Shown in pieces: positions 9,112 through 17,600 of a stretch of 64,000 nucleotides of DNA. The stretch comes from Armatimonadota bacterium (GTDB taxonomy: Bacteria; Armatimonadota; Fimbriimonadia; Fimbriimonadales; GBS-DC): assembly GCA_037445735.1 (NCBI GenBank), contig JBBIJY010000005.1:32001-96000 (forward strand), in the 5' to 3' direction. A program made the translations under genes and the position numbers. The notes below the pieces were generated by a model. It searched no databases, was not told where the DNA came from, and was given only the letters and a program-made list of their open reading frames with translations. Positions within the stretch are counted from its first letter, which is position 1, and each line of letters opens with the position of its first letter.

Positions 9112-10612
9112 AGACAGGTTCACTCTCCGATCGAACGCCAGGATACTCCACGCGCCGATGGCGCAGGGCGACCAGCACGCGCACGAACGCCTCCTCAATC
9201 CGTTTCAGGTCGCGAAAAGTGAGCGTGCTTTCGTCCAGCTGCCCATCCTGGCGACGCATCTCGATGAGTTCATGCACATAGTTGGCAAGGCGGGCAGGGG
9301 TTGGGTTCTCCAGGCAGCGGGTAGCGGCTTCCACTGTGTCCGCCAGCATCACCAGCGCGGCTTCGCGCGTCTGCGGCTTGGGTCCGTCATACCGAAAGTG
9401 CTGTTCCAGCACCGGGTCATGCCCATCGCTGACCGCCTGGTGATAGAAGTAGGTGATGAGCGAGGTGCCGTGATGCTGGGCGATAATGTCGCACACAGCG
9501 GTGGGCAGCCGATGCTGGCGTGCCAGCTCCAGCCCATCGCGCACATGGGAGGCAATGATGCGTGCCGAAAGCGCAGGATTGATGCGCTCATGCGTATTGG
9601 GGCCCGTCTGGTTCTCGATGTAGAAGTCGGGTCGGGTGAGCTTGCCGATGTCGTGATAGTAGCCGCCGACTCGCGCCAGCATCGGATCGGCGCCGATGGC
9701 TATCGCGGCTTCTTCCGCCAGCTGCCCCACATACTGGCTGTGGAAGTAGGTGCCGGGCGCTTTATCGCGCAGCTCGCGCAGCAGCGGATGCTCCAGCGAG
9801 GCAAGCTCCATCAGCGCCATCGGGGTCGCCAGTCGGAACGGTCGCTCCAGCAGGGTCAGCCCCAGCCAGAAGAGCGCCATCGTGCCCGTGCCGCTCACAG
9901 CGCCCCAGAACGCGCCGACGCCCGCCCGAAGCCACTCGCCGTGCGTATGCAGTTGCGCGGCGAACGCGCCCGCCACCAGCAACCCGCTCAACAGCGTGCC
10001 AGTCAGCAGAAGGTCGGTGCGCCGTCGCAGTGAGGCAATCGCGAACATCGCGATCCAGCCAGTCAGCCCCACGATGCCCACCGTCAGCACGGGCAGATTC
10101 AGCGCGACGGCAACCCCGCCCAGCAGCACCGCGAAGGTCAGCACCGCCAGCAGGGGATGAATCAGCACGCTGAGCATCATGCCGCCCGCCATCAGCGGCG
10201 CGAACGCCACAAAGCCGCGCTCACTGCCCAGACTCGGCTCATTGCTTAACGCAGCCAGCACCCGCACGCCCAGCAGGCTCAAAAAGCCAATCAAAATGAG
10301 CAGGATCAGCCCCACTTCCCGCGCGCTGGGCGCAATCGGCGAGCGCAGTGCCAGCCCCGAGGGCGTCAACAGCCCCAGCTGGCGAATCAGCATCATCACC
10401 AGCGCCACCTGCGTAGCGGCAATCGCCACACGCTGGAGCCACTGCTGCGGCAGCGCGGTGATCTCACCGTTCAACACGGTCAGGGCGAGCAGGCTGAGGA
10501 TGCCCATCAACAGCGGCTCCCAGCGCAGCGCGGGCAGCCACCGCTTGCGGGACGCGGTTCGAACATTGCTGCGCCTGCGACCCTGCCTCAGAGCCGCCCA
10601 ACCGATACGCAT
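9092..10612 (-). CDS. 7TM-HD (HDIG) phosphohydrolase, PgpH/YqfF-like cyclic-di-AMP phosphodiesterase family
   Basis: TM block followed by APGTYFHS, YYHDIGK, HVRDG, QHHGT, FRYDGPKPQ, MLADTVEAA; RBS GGAGG; usual position upstream of ybeY. Confidence 0.88.
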   Translation of the reverse strand: MRIGWAALRQGRRRSNVRTASRKRWLPALRWEPLLMGILSLLALTVLNGEITALPQQWLQRVAIAATQVALVMMLIRQLGLLTPSGLALRSPIAPSAREVGLILLILIGFLSLLGVRVLAALSNEPSLGSERGFVAFAPLMAGGMMLSVLIHPLLAVLTFAVLLGGVAVALNLPVLTVGIVGLTGWIAMFAIASLRRRTDLLLTGTLLSGLLVAGAFAAQLHTHGEWLRAGVGAFWGAVSGTGTMALFWLGLTLLERPFRLATPMALMELASLEHPLLRELRDKAPGTYFHSQYVGQLAEEAAIAIGADPMLARVGGYYHDIGKLTRPDFYIENQTGPNTHERINPALSARIIASHVRDGLELARQHRLPTAVCDIIAQHHGTSLITYFYHQAVSDGHDPVLEQHFRYDGPKPQTREAALVMLADTVEAATRCLENPTPARLANYVHELIEMRRQDGQLDESTLTFRDLKRIEEAFVRVLVALRHRRVEYPGVRSESEPVYVAHLP

Positions 10613-10628
10613 AGCCCTCCCAAACGCC

Positions 10629-10796
10629 TCACTTCTTCCGACGGCGCTGCTTCTGACGCCGCCGACGCTCGCTCGGCTTCTCATAGTGGGCATGCCGCTT
10701 GTACTCCTGCAAAATCCCACTCTGCTCCAGCAACTTCTTAAAGCGCTTGAGCGCGCTGTCCAGCGACTCATTCGGACGAACCTGTATCTGTGCCAA
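10629..10796 (-). CDS. rpsU: 30S ribosomal protein S21 (55 aa, TTG start; absent from the ORF track)
   Basis: Manual translation MAQIQVRPNESLDSALKRFKKLLEQSGILQEYKRHAHYEKPSERRRRQKQRRRKK; AAGGAGG SD and TATAAT upstream. Confidence 0.95.
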   Translation of the reverse strand: MAQIQVRPNESLDSALKRFKKLLEQSGILQEYKRHAHYEKPSERRRRQKQRRRKK

Positions 10797-10963
10797 CGCT
10801 ATCGTGCCTCCTTCCTCCTTCTCAAGATTATACCCATCGATTCGCGATGAATCGTCACCCTCCTGCCAATTGCCCCAGATTATATCGGTTTCCCGCGCGA
10901 AAAATCAAGAGGGCGGTTCGCCTGCAAGGAACCGCGCCCGCCGCGCCGAAAATGCATATCACG

Positions 10964-11629
10964 ATGAACCTCGTGACTCTGGAGCAGGTGCGCAACGACC
11001 CGACCGTTCGCGCCTATATTCGGGCTGCCAATCAGGCGTTATACGCGATGGGCTACACGGAACATGGCTTGCGCCACGCGGGTATCGTCGCCAATAACGC
11101 CCGCCGCCTCTGCCTCAAGCTGGGCTACACCGAGCGCCAGGCGGAACTCTCCGCGATCGCGGGCTTCCTGCACGATATCGGCAATGTGATTGCCCGCGAC
11201 CACCATGCGCAAATCGGTGGCGTGATTGCGTTTCACATCCTCACCCAGATGGGCATGCCCGCCGAAGAAATCGCCATCATCATCAGCGCGATTGGCAATC
11301 ACGAGGAGACATCCGGCTACCCCGTCAACTACGCCGCCGCAACCGTGATCTTAGCCGATAAGTCCGATGTCCACTTCTCGCGCGTGCAGAACCCGCACCG
11401 CGAGCAGTTCGACATCCACGATCGGGTCAACTTCGCCACCCAGCGCTCGCGCCTGCGCGTGCTGCCCAAAGAGCGTATCATCGAACTCAATCTGGAGATC
11501 GACACGACGGTCGCCAGCCTGATGGAATATTTCGAGATTTTTCTGGAGCGGATGGTGATGTGCCGCCGTGCCGCCGAAGCCATCGATTGCCGATTCCATT
11601 TGACCGTTAATGGCTCCCCAATTGGTTAA
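10964..11629 (+). CDS. HD-domain phosphohydrolase
   Basis: GYTEHGLRH, LHDIGN, IGNHEE, LADKSDV, DIHDRVN. Confidence 0.88.
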   Translation: MNLVTLEQVRNDPTVRAYIRAANQALYAMGYTEHGLRHAGIVANNARRLCLKLGYTERQAELSAIAGFLHDIGNVIARDHHAQIGGVIAFHILTQMGMPAEEIAIIISAIGNHEETSGYPVNYAAATVILADKSDVHFSRVQNPHREQFDIHDRVNFATQRSRLRVLPKERIIELNLEIDTTVASLMEYFEIFLERMVMCRRAAEAIDCRFHLTVNGSPIG

Positions 11630-11727
11630 GCACTGAACAATTGACCCCTGTTCATCGTCTAACAGTATGGCAGGGACATCCCCTGAAATTTGTGGGTGTT
11701 CCTGACTATCGGAAGGAGGGATGTACG

Positions 11728-12237
11728 ATGCGCAAACTCTGGTGGATGGCGGTGCTGGCGCTAACAGGCGCCATCGCGGTGGCGCAGGATTGCACCGTTG
11801 AAGGCGCCTTCGGCGCGGGCACAGCCGTGTCGGAGCATTCCGATCGCCCGAACGCCCGTTTCGGGCTGAATGTGATCCATGCCACCTGCGGGGATCGGGA
11901 GTTCCGCGCGGGTGCATTCTGCTTCGAAGCGCGGGTTGAGAACCGCCTGGTGGAGATTCGCATGGTTCGCCTGACCCAGCTGGCGGTCAACGCCGAGCAT
12001 CGGGTGGCGGAGTTCGCCGGGCATGCCGTGATGACGGTTCGCACGCGCGAGGGCGTGCGCCATGTGCGCGGGCTGGTGCGCGTGCGGGTCCAGGACAACC
12101 GCCCGCGCGATAGCGACGAGGGCGACCCCGATACCATCGCGGTGGCGTTCTTCGTGCCCGATCGCACCGATCCGGTGTTCGCCTATCGGGGCACACTGGC
12201 ACGCGGCGATATCCTCGTGTTCCGCCGCGAACACTAA
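11728..12237 (+). CDS. Hypothetical secreted beta-rich protein
   Basis: AAGGAGG SD, signal-peptide-like MRKLWWMAVLALTGAIAVAQ, alternating beta-strand pattern. Confidence 0.7.
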   Translation: MRKLWWMAVLALTGAIAVAQDCTVEGAFGAGTAVSEHSDRPNARFGLNVIHATCGDREFRAGAFCFEARVENRLVEIRMVRLTQLAVNAEHRVAEFAGHAVMTVRTREGVRHVRGLVRVRVQDNRPRDSDEGDPDTIAVAFFVPDRTDPVFAYRGTLARGDILVFRREH

Positions 12238-12255
12238 TCCCGATCTCACCCCTCA

Positions 12256-12297
12256 AATCGCCCCTTCCTGTATGCAGGAGGGGGCGATTAATTCTTT
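12256..12297. terminator. Probable bidirectional intrinsic terminator
   Basis: aatcgccccttcctg-tatg-caggagggggcgatt hairpin between the convergent CDS and tRNA. Confidence 0.7.
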
Positions 12298-12298
12298 C

Positions 12299-12389
12299 TG
12301 GCGGAGGGGGAGGGATTCGAACCCCCGTCCCACACGAGGTGGGATGCGGTTTTCAAGACCGCCGCCTTCAACCACTCGGCCACCCCTCC
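12299..12389 (-). tRNA. tRNA-Ser(TGA)
   Basis: GGAGGGGTGGCCGAGTGGTTGAAGGCGGCGGTC-TTGAAA-ACCGC, long variable arm, GGTTCGAATCC, encoded CCA. Confidence 0.97.
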
Positions 12390-12412
12390 GCGCCTTTAAA
12401 TTATATACCCAT

Positions 12413-13159
12413 TCAGGGCGTCACCTCTGGGGTCAGGCTCTGTAAGTATTGTGCCACCACCGTTTCCGAATCGCCGTCGGCACGCAAAATCCCTTTGTCC
12501 AGCCAGAGGGCGCGGGGCGCAATCTGGCGCACCGCCGCCATATCGTGCGACACGAACAGAATCGTGCGCCCCTGCTGCTGAAACTCGCGGATTTTGCGGT
12601 AGCATTTTTGCTGGAAGTGGGCGTCGCCCACCGCCAGCACCTCGTCCACCAGCAGGATGTCGGCGTCCACATACGCTGCGACGGCGAAGCCCAGTCGCAT
12701 CAGCATCCCCGACGAGTAGGTGCGCACCGGCGCGTCGATATACTCCTCCAGCTCGGCGAACTGGATAATCGCGTCGAGCCGCTCGCTAATCTGTCTGCGG
12801 CTCAGCCCCAGAATGACGCCGTTGAAGTAGATATTTTCCAGCCCGGTGAGGTCGGGATGGAAGCCTGCGCCCAGCTCCAGCAGGGGCGCCACCCGCCCGT
12901 TCACCTCCAGCGTGCCACTGGTCGGGCGGTACACGCGCGCAATCAGCCCCAGCAGGGTGCTTTTGCCCGATCCGTTCTGCCCGATAATCGCAACGGTCTC
13001 GCCGCGATGGACCGTGAAGCAGACGGCGTTCAGCGCGACGACATGCTCCACCCGCCGGGGCAGGAACGAGAGCAGCAGCCCCTTGAGCGACGAGTAGGGC
13101 TGATGGGTCAGGCGGAACTCTTTGGTGAGCTTCTCGGCGCGGATGGCAACGGGCGCCAT
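12413..13159 (-). CDS. Polysaccharide/teichoic acid export ABC ATPase (Wzt/TagH family); start could be 13189
   Basis: GQNGSGKST, LELGAGFHPDLTG, YSSGM, DEVLAVGD. Confidence 0.9.
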   Translation of the reverse strand: MAPVAIRAEKLTKEFRLTHQPYSSLKGLLLSFLPRRVEHVVALNAVCFTVHRGETVAIIGQNGSGKSTLLGLIARVYRPTSGTLEVNGRVAPLLELGAGFHPDLTGLENIYFNGVILGLSRRQISERLDAIIQFAELEEYIDAPVRTYSSGMLMRLGFAVAAYVDADILLVDEVLAVGDAHFQQKCYRKIREFQQQGRTILFVSHDMAAVRQIAPRALWLDKGILRADGDSETVVAQYLQSLTPEVTP

Positions 13160-13169
13160 CGCAGCGGGT

Positions 13170-14699
13170 TCATTGACCGCCGCCGCCATAGCCCCCGCGT
13201 CCGCCACCGTAGCCACCTCGCCCGCCACCCGATGACGGCTGCTGCTGACCCGTCGGGCGCGGCACGCTCTTGCTCAAACTGTTATCCACATAGATGCCCC
13301 AGTTGAAGCGCAGGCTGTTGCCTGCCCAGTCGCTGGCAATGACGGTGAGCGTGTGGCGTCCATCGGGCAGGGGCTTTGCCGTGCTGCCACCACCCGCTTT
13401 CAGCTCCGCCGTCAGCTCTCCAGTGGACGGCTCATACACGAACGCAAGCGGCTCATCGTTCAGCAGCAGCTTGAGCGAGTCGGGATTGATGCCGCTCTGG
13501 TCGTCGCGCAGGCGCGCCCCGAAGGTCAGCGGCAACTGACCCGACATCATCTCGCCAATCGCCGGCGTCGTGCGCAGCACCACTGGCGGGATACGATCAA
13601 GCCAGTCGTAGGCGAAGGCGGTCAGACTGCCATCATCGCTGGCAATCACCAGACCCTCCTCCATGAAGACGGGGTTGCGGTTGATCGGCAGATAATACAG
13701 GGGACGGTTGTTCGCGTCGCGTGTGCCTTCGGGCGGGCGCAGCGTGTAGAGCCAGCGTATCTGTAAATCGGGCAGGGTGTAGACCACCACCGTGCCCCGC
13801 ACCGTGCTGACCCACAGGTCGCCCCTGTGGATGATCGGCGCGACCAGCGGTGGGTAGCGCGTCTCAACAGGAGTCTGGTCGCCTGCCACGATTCGCCCGT
13901 TGTGGTCAAACACATAGAGGCGGTTCTCGCGCGTGATGACGACCACATAGTTCTCGTCGGCAGCGGGCGCCAGGCGCAGCTCGGTGGTGAATCGGCGTGT
14001 CCAGCGCGGCGAGCCGCTGTTCGGATTGAGCGCAATCAGCTGGTCGTTCGCCGTCACATAGAGGCTGTTGCTGGCGTAGACGGGCTGGGCGTCATACACA
14101 GGGCTGGGCAGATTGAGCGCCCAGCGGCGGCGACCACCACTCGCAGTGATGGCGTGCAGGCTGCCACCGTTCGTGCCGAACACGATCAGATCGCCCACCT
14201 TGACCAGCCGCCCTGTGATGTAATCGCCCGCGCGGTAGGGTTCCTTCCAGAGCGGTTCCCCGCTGCGGGCATTGAGAGCGTACACCTCCCCGCGCCCTGT
14301 GCCGATATAGAGCGTGCCCTCCTCCAGCACAGGGATGGCTGTGGGCGCACTGTCGGCGGTGAAGACCCAGCGCAGCTTGCCTGTCTCAATATCCAGCGCG
14401 TATACATTCCCGTTGCTGGCGCCAATGTAGACCAGCCCCTCACCCTCCACCGGCTGCCCCAGGAAGTTAGCGTTCAGGGGCGCATCCGCAGGATACTGCC
14501 AGCGCAGCGTGCCATCCGCCCGATTAACGGCATAGAGGCGATTAAGGCACGGGTAGTAGATGGTGCGACTGCCCACACCCGGCATCGCGGGGTTATTGCG
14601 GGCAGGATTGCCGAAAAACTGCCAGGTCACCGTGGGCACCTGTGCCGCCGCCATCAGCCAGAGCCATCCGCCCAGTAAGCATAGCGTCCATCGGTTCAT
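13170..14699 (-). CDS. PQQ-like (BamB-type) beta-propeller protein with C-terminal Ig-like domain and Gly-rich tail
   Basis: Repeated YAL-x3-G-x2-RW blades, signal peptide, DGRHTLTVIASDWAGN. Confidence 0.8.
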   Translation of the reverse strand: MNRWTLCLLGGWLWLMAAAQVPTVTWQFFGNPARNNPAMPGVGSRTIYYPCLNRLYAVNRADGTLRWQYPADAPLNANFLGQPVEGEGLVYIGASNGNVYALDIETGKLRWVFTADSAPTAIPVLEEGTLYIGTGRGEVYALNARSGEPLWKEPYRAGDYITGRLVKVGDLIVFGTNGGSLHAITASGGRRRWALNLPSPVYDAQPVYASNSLYVTANDQLIALNPNSGSPRWTRRFTTELRLAPAADENYVVVITRENRLYVFDHNGRIVAGDQTPVETRYPPLVAPIIHRGDLWVSTVRGTVVVYTLPDLQIRWLYTLRPPEGTRDANNRPLYYLPINRNPVFMEEGLVIASDDGSLTAFAYDWLDRIPPVVLRTTPAIGEMMSGQLPLTFGARLRDDQSGINPDSLKLLLNDEPLAFVYEPSTGELTAELKAGGGSTAKPLPDGRHTLTVIASDWAGNSLRFNWGIYVDNSLSKSVPRPTGQQQPSSGGGRGGYGGGRGGYGGGGQ

Positions 14700-14796
14700 G
14701 CTTGCCTCCACACGCCACTGGTTAGACGCCGGATGCGCGTTTCCTGCTACAGGCCGTTTCAATCCTCACTTGCCCGTAAGGGCGAGTGCAGTACTG

Positions 14797-15138
14797 CTAC
14801 AGGCTGAACGAAGTGCCACATCCGCACTGTCGCTTCGCGTTCGGGTTATTGAATCGGAACCCGCCACCGATGAGTTCACCCGTGTAGTCGATGGTGGTAC
14901 CCTGCAGGATGCGCGCACTCCTGGGGTCGATCAGGATACGCAGCCCATCCAGCTCGAACTGGAGGTCGTTGGGGCGCGGCGACTCTTCGGGCTGCATCAC
15001 ATACTCCAGCCCGGAGCAGCCACCCGCGCGCACGCCGATACGCAGGTAGGCGTCGGGTTTGCCCCGCCGCGCCAGTAGCTGCTTGATCCGCGCCACTGCC
15101 CGCGCCGTGATCTCCACTGGCATCGCCGTCTGTCGCAT
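14797..15138 (-). CDS. iscA: HesB/IscA A-type Fe-S cluster carrier
   Basis: GGCSGLEY and CGCGTSF. Confidence 0.93.
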   Translation of the reverse strand: MRQTAMPVEITARAVARIKQLLARRGKPDAYLRIGVRAGGCSGLEYVMQPEESPRPNDLQFELDGLRILIDPRSARILQGTTIDYTGELIGGGFRFNNPNAKRQCGCGTSFSL

Positions 15139-15257
15139 CGTAAACAATTATACCCGACTGGCTCCGCGCTGATTCTGGGAGCGGAAACAGTTTGTGGCTG
15201 ATCCACGAGGCGACACCTGAAAGTATGAATGGCTCCCTGCCAGGCTGCGCGGCACGG

Positions 15258-16148
15258 CTACGCGGTTAGCATCACTTCCAGCAGCAGGCGCGCGGCGATC
15301 AGAGCGCTGTTGCCGCTGGGGTCGAGCGCAGGGGTGAGTTCCACAAGGTCGGCACCGAGCAGGGTGTTGCGCCGGGCGACCAGCTGAATAATCTGCGCCA
15401 CTTCACCGAAGCTCAGTCCGTCGGGTTCAGGGCTGCTGGTGGCGGGCAGAACGGCGGGATCCAGCGCATCCACATCCAGCGAGAGATAGACTGGCTTGCC
15501 CGCTGGCAGAGCGTCTGGCGAGGGTTGCTGGCGCCACTCATCACAAAAGAGGAGCGTGTGCCCGCGCGCCTGCGCCGCCTGAACCGCCTCAGGGTCGAAC
15601 CGCACACCGCGCAGCCCAATCGTGGTGATATGCGCAAGGTTGGGCATCGCCTCCACCGCGCGGCGGAACGGGCTGGAGTTGGAATAGCGCGTGCCATCCC
15701 GCTCGTCGCTGAAGTCGAGGTGCGCATCGATCTGTACCACATGCAGGCCGGGCACATCGTCGAAGGCGAGCAGCAGCGGGTAAGTGATGCTGTGGTCGCC
15801 GCCGATGAAGAGGGGCAGCTTCACACGCTGGCGCAGGGTGCGCGCCGCCGCCGTGATGCGGTCAAATGCCAGCTCGTAGTTCAGCGTCGGGATGTCCACA
15901 TCGCCCGCGTCGATCACCTGCACCCCGCGCAGTCGCCAGCCCTCGCGCGGGTGATAGTAGCCGTCGGGCGAGAGCGCGTAGCGCAGGCTCGTCTGCCGAA
16001 CCGCCTGCGGCGCGAAGCGTGCGCCCGGACGGTAGCCGACAGTGATGTCGAACGGCACGCCCAGCACGCCCACATCCGCCTGCCACGATTCGCTCAGCGG
16101 GCGATGGGGCGCCCGCAAAAAGGTCGCAATGCCGGCAAACGGCAACAT
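15258..16148 (-). CDS. Agmatinase/ureohydrolase family protein
   Basis: GARFAP, GGDHSIT, DAHLD, SLDVDALDP. Confidence 0.9.
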   Translation of the reverse strand: MLPFAGIATFLRAPHRPLSESWQADVGVLGVPFDITVGYRPGARFAPQAVRQTSLRYALSPDGYYHPREGWRLRGVQVIDAGDVDIPTLNYELAFDRITAAARTLRQRVKLPLFIGGDHSITYPLLLAFDDVPGLHVVQIDAHLDFSDERDGTRYSNSSPFRRAVEAMPNLAHITTIGLRGVRFDPEAVQAAQARGHTLLFCDEWRQQPSPDALPAGKPVYLSLDVDALDPAVLPATSSPEPDGLSFGEVAQIIQLVARRNTLLGADLVELTPALDPSGNSALIAARLLLEVMLTA

Positions 16149-17594
16149 TCAGAGAATTATATCCTCAATCACGCGCCCGGCGACATCGGTCAGGCGGAAG
16201 TTGCGACCCTGATACCAGTAGGTCAGGTGGGTGTGGTCGATGCCCATCAGGTGCAGGATGGTGGCGTGCAGGTCATGCACATGCACGGGGTTCTCCGTCA
16301 CATGGTAGCCGAGTTCATCGGTGGCGCCGTAGGTGATGCCGGGCTTGACCCCACCGCCTGCCATCCAGATGGTGAAGGCGCGCGGGTGATGGTCGCGTCC
16401 GAGATAGGTGGAGCCGCCGCGCCCCTCTTTCATCGGCGTGCGCCCGAACTCACCGCCCCAGATGACCAGCGTATCCTCCAGCAGCCCGCGCTGCTTGAGG
16501 TCAATAATCAGTGCGGCGCAGGCGCGATCCACCTCGCTGCAGAGGCGCGGCAACGCTTTGGAGATGCTGTCGCTTTCGAACGCGCCGTGATGGTCCCAGC
16601 CACGATGGTAGAGCTGCACAAACCGCACGCCGCGCTCCACCAGCCGTCGCGCCAGCAGGCAGTTGTTCGCGAACGAGGGCTTGCCCGGCGTCGTGCCGTA
16701 CAGCTGGTGGATATGCTCTGGCTCCTTGCTGATGTCCATCAGCTCAGGCACGCTGCTCTGCATGCGGTACGCCAGCTCGTAGGCGTTGATGCGCGTCTCG
16801 ATTTCGGGGTCGCCCACCGATTCGAACTTCATGCGGTCGAGGTCGCTGATGGCTTCGACGGTCTCGCGCCGCACTTCGGCGTCGATGCCGTCGGGGTTGG
16901 ACACATACAGCACAGGGTCACCCTTGCTGCGGAACTCGACGCCCTGATAGACAGTGGGCAAAAAGCCGCTGCTCCAGCAGGCGTGCCCGCCGTCGGGTCG
17001 GTTCGCGCCAGAAATCAGCACCACGAAACCTGGCAAATCCCGATTTTCCGTGCCCAGCCCGTAGGTGAGCCATGACCCCATGCTGGGACGCCCTGGCAGC
17101 TGGTGTCCTGTGTTCATGTAAATCTGCGCGGGCGCGTGATTGAACTGATCGGTCTGCATCGAGCGGATGATACAGATGTCGTCAGCAATCTGGGCGATAT
17201 GGGGCAACAGCTCGGAGATTTCCTGACCCGACTGACCGTGCTTGCTGAACTTGTAGGGCGAGCCAAGCAGAGTCGGACGCCCCTTGATAAAAGCGAACCG
17301 TTCGCCCTGCAGTAAACTTTCAGGACATGGCTGACCGTCATAGCGCTGGAGCGTGGGCTTGTAATCGAACAGGTCGAGCTGGGACGGCGCACCTGCCATA
17401 AACAGGAAGATAATCCGTTTGGCGCGCGGCTTGAAGTGCGGTTGTTTCGGCGCGAGCGGGTCAATCGCGGCGAACAGCTTCTCATTCAGCAGGGCGTTCA
17501 GCGCAAGCGCACCGATGCCATAGCCGCACATCCGGAAGAAATGGCGGCGCGTAATCTGCTTCAATGTCTCCTGATCCAGTTTTTGTGAGCGCAT
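16149..17594 (-). CDS. DUF1501 family protein (Tat-like TRRHFF)
   Basis: [49 protein letters not shown]. Confidence 0.9.
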   Translation of the reverse strand: MRSQKLDQETLKQITRRHFFRMCGYGIGALALNALLNEKLFAAIDPLAPKQPHFKPRAKRIIFLFMAGAPSQLDLFDYKPTLQRYDGQPCPESLLQGERFAFIKGRPTLLGSPYKFSKHGQSGQEISELLPHIAQIADDICIIRSMQTDQFNHAPAQIYMNTGHQLPGRPSMGSWLTYGLGTENRDLPGFVVLISGANRPDGGHACWSSGFLPTVYQGVEFRSKGDPVLYVSNPDGIDAEVRRETVEAISDLDRMKFESVGDPEIETRINAYELAYRMQSSVPELMDISKEPEHIHQLYGTTPGKPSFANNCLLARRLVERGVRFVQLYHRGWDHHGAFESDSISKALPRLCSEVDRACAALIIDLKQRGLLEDTLVIWGGEFGRTPMKEGRGGSTYLGRDHHPRAFTIWMAGGGVKPGITYGATDELGYHVTENPVHVHDLHATILHLMGIDHTHLTYWYQGRNFRLTDVAGRVIEDIIL

Positions 17595-17600
17595 GGTTTT

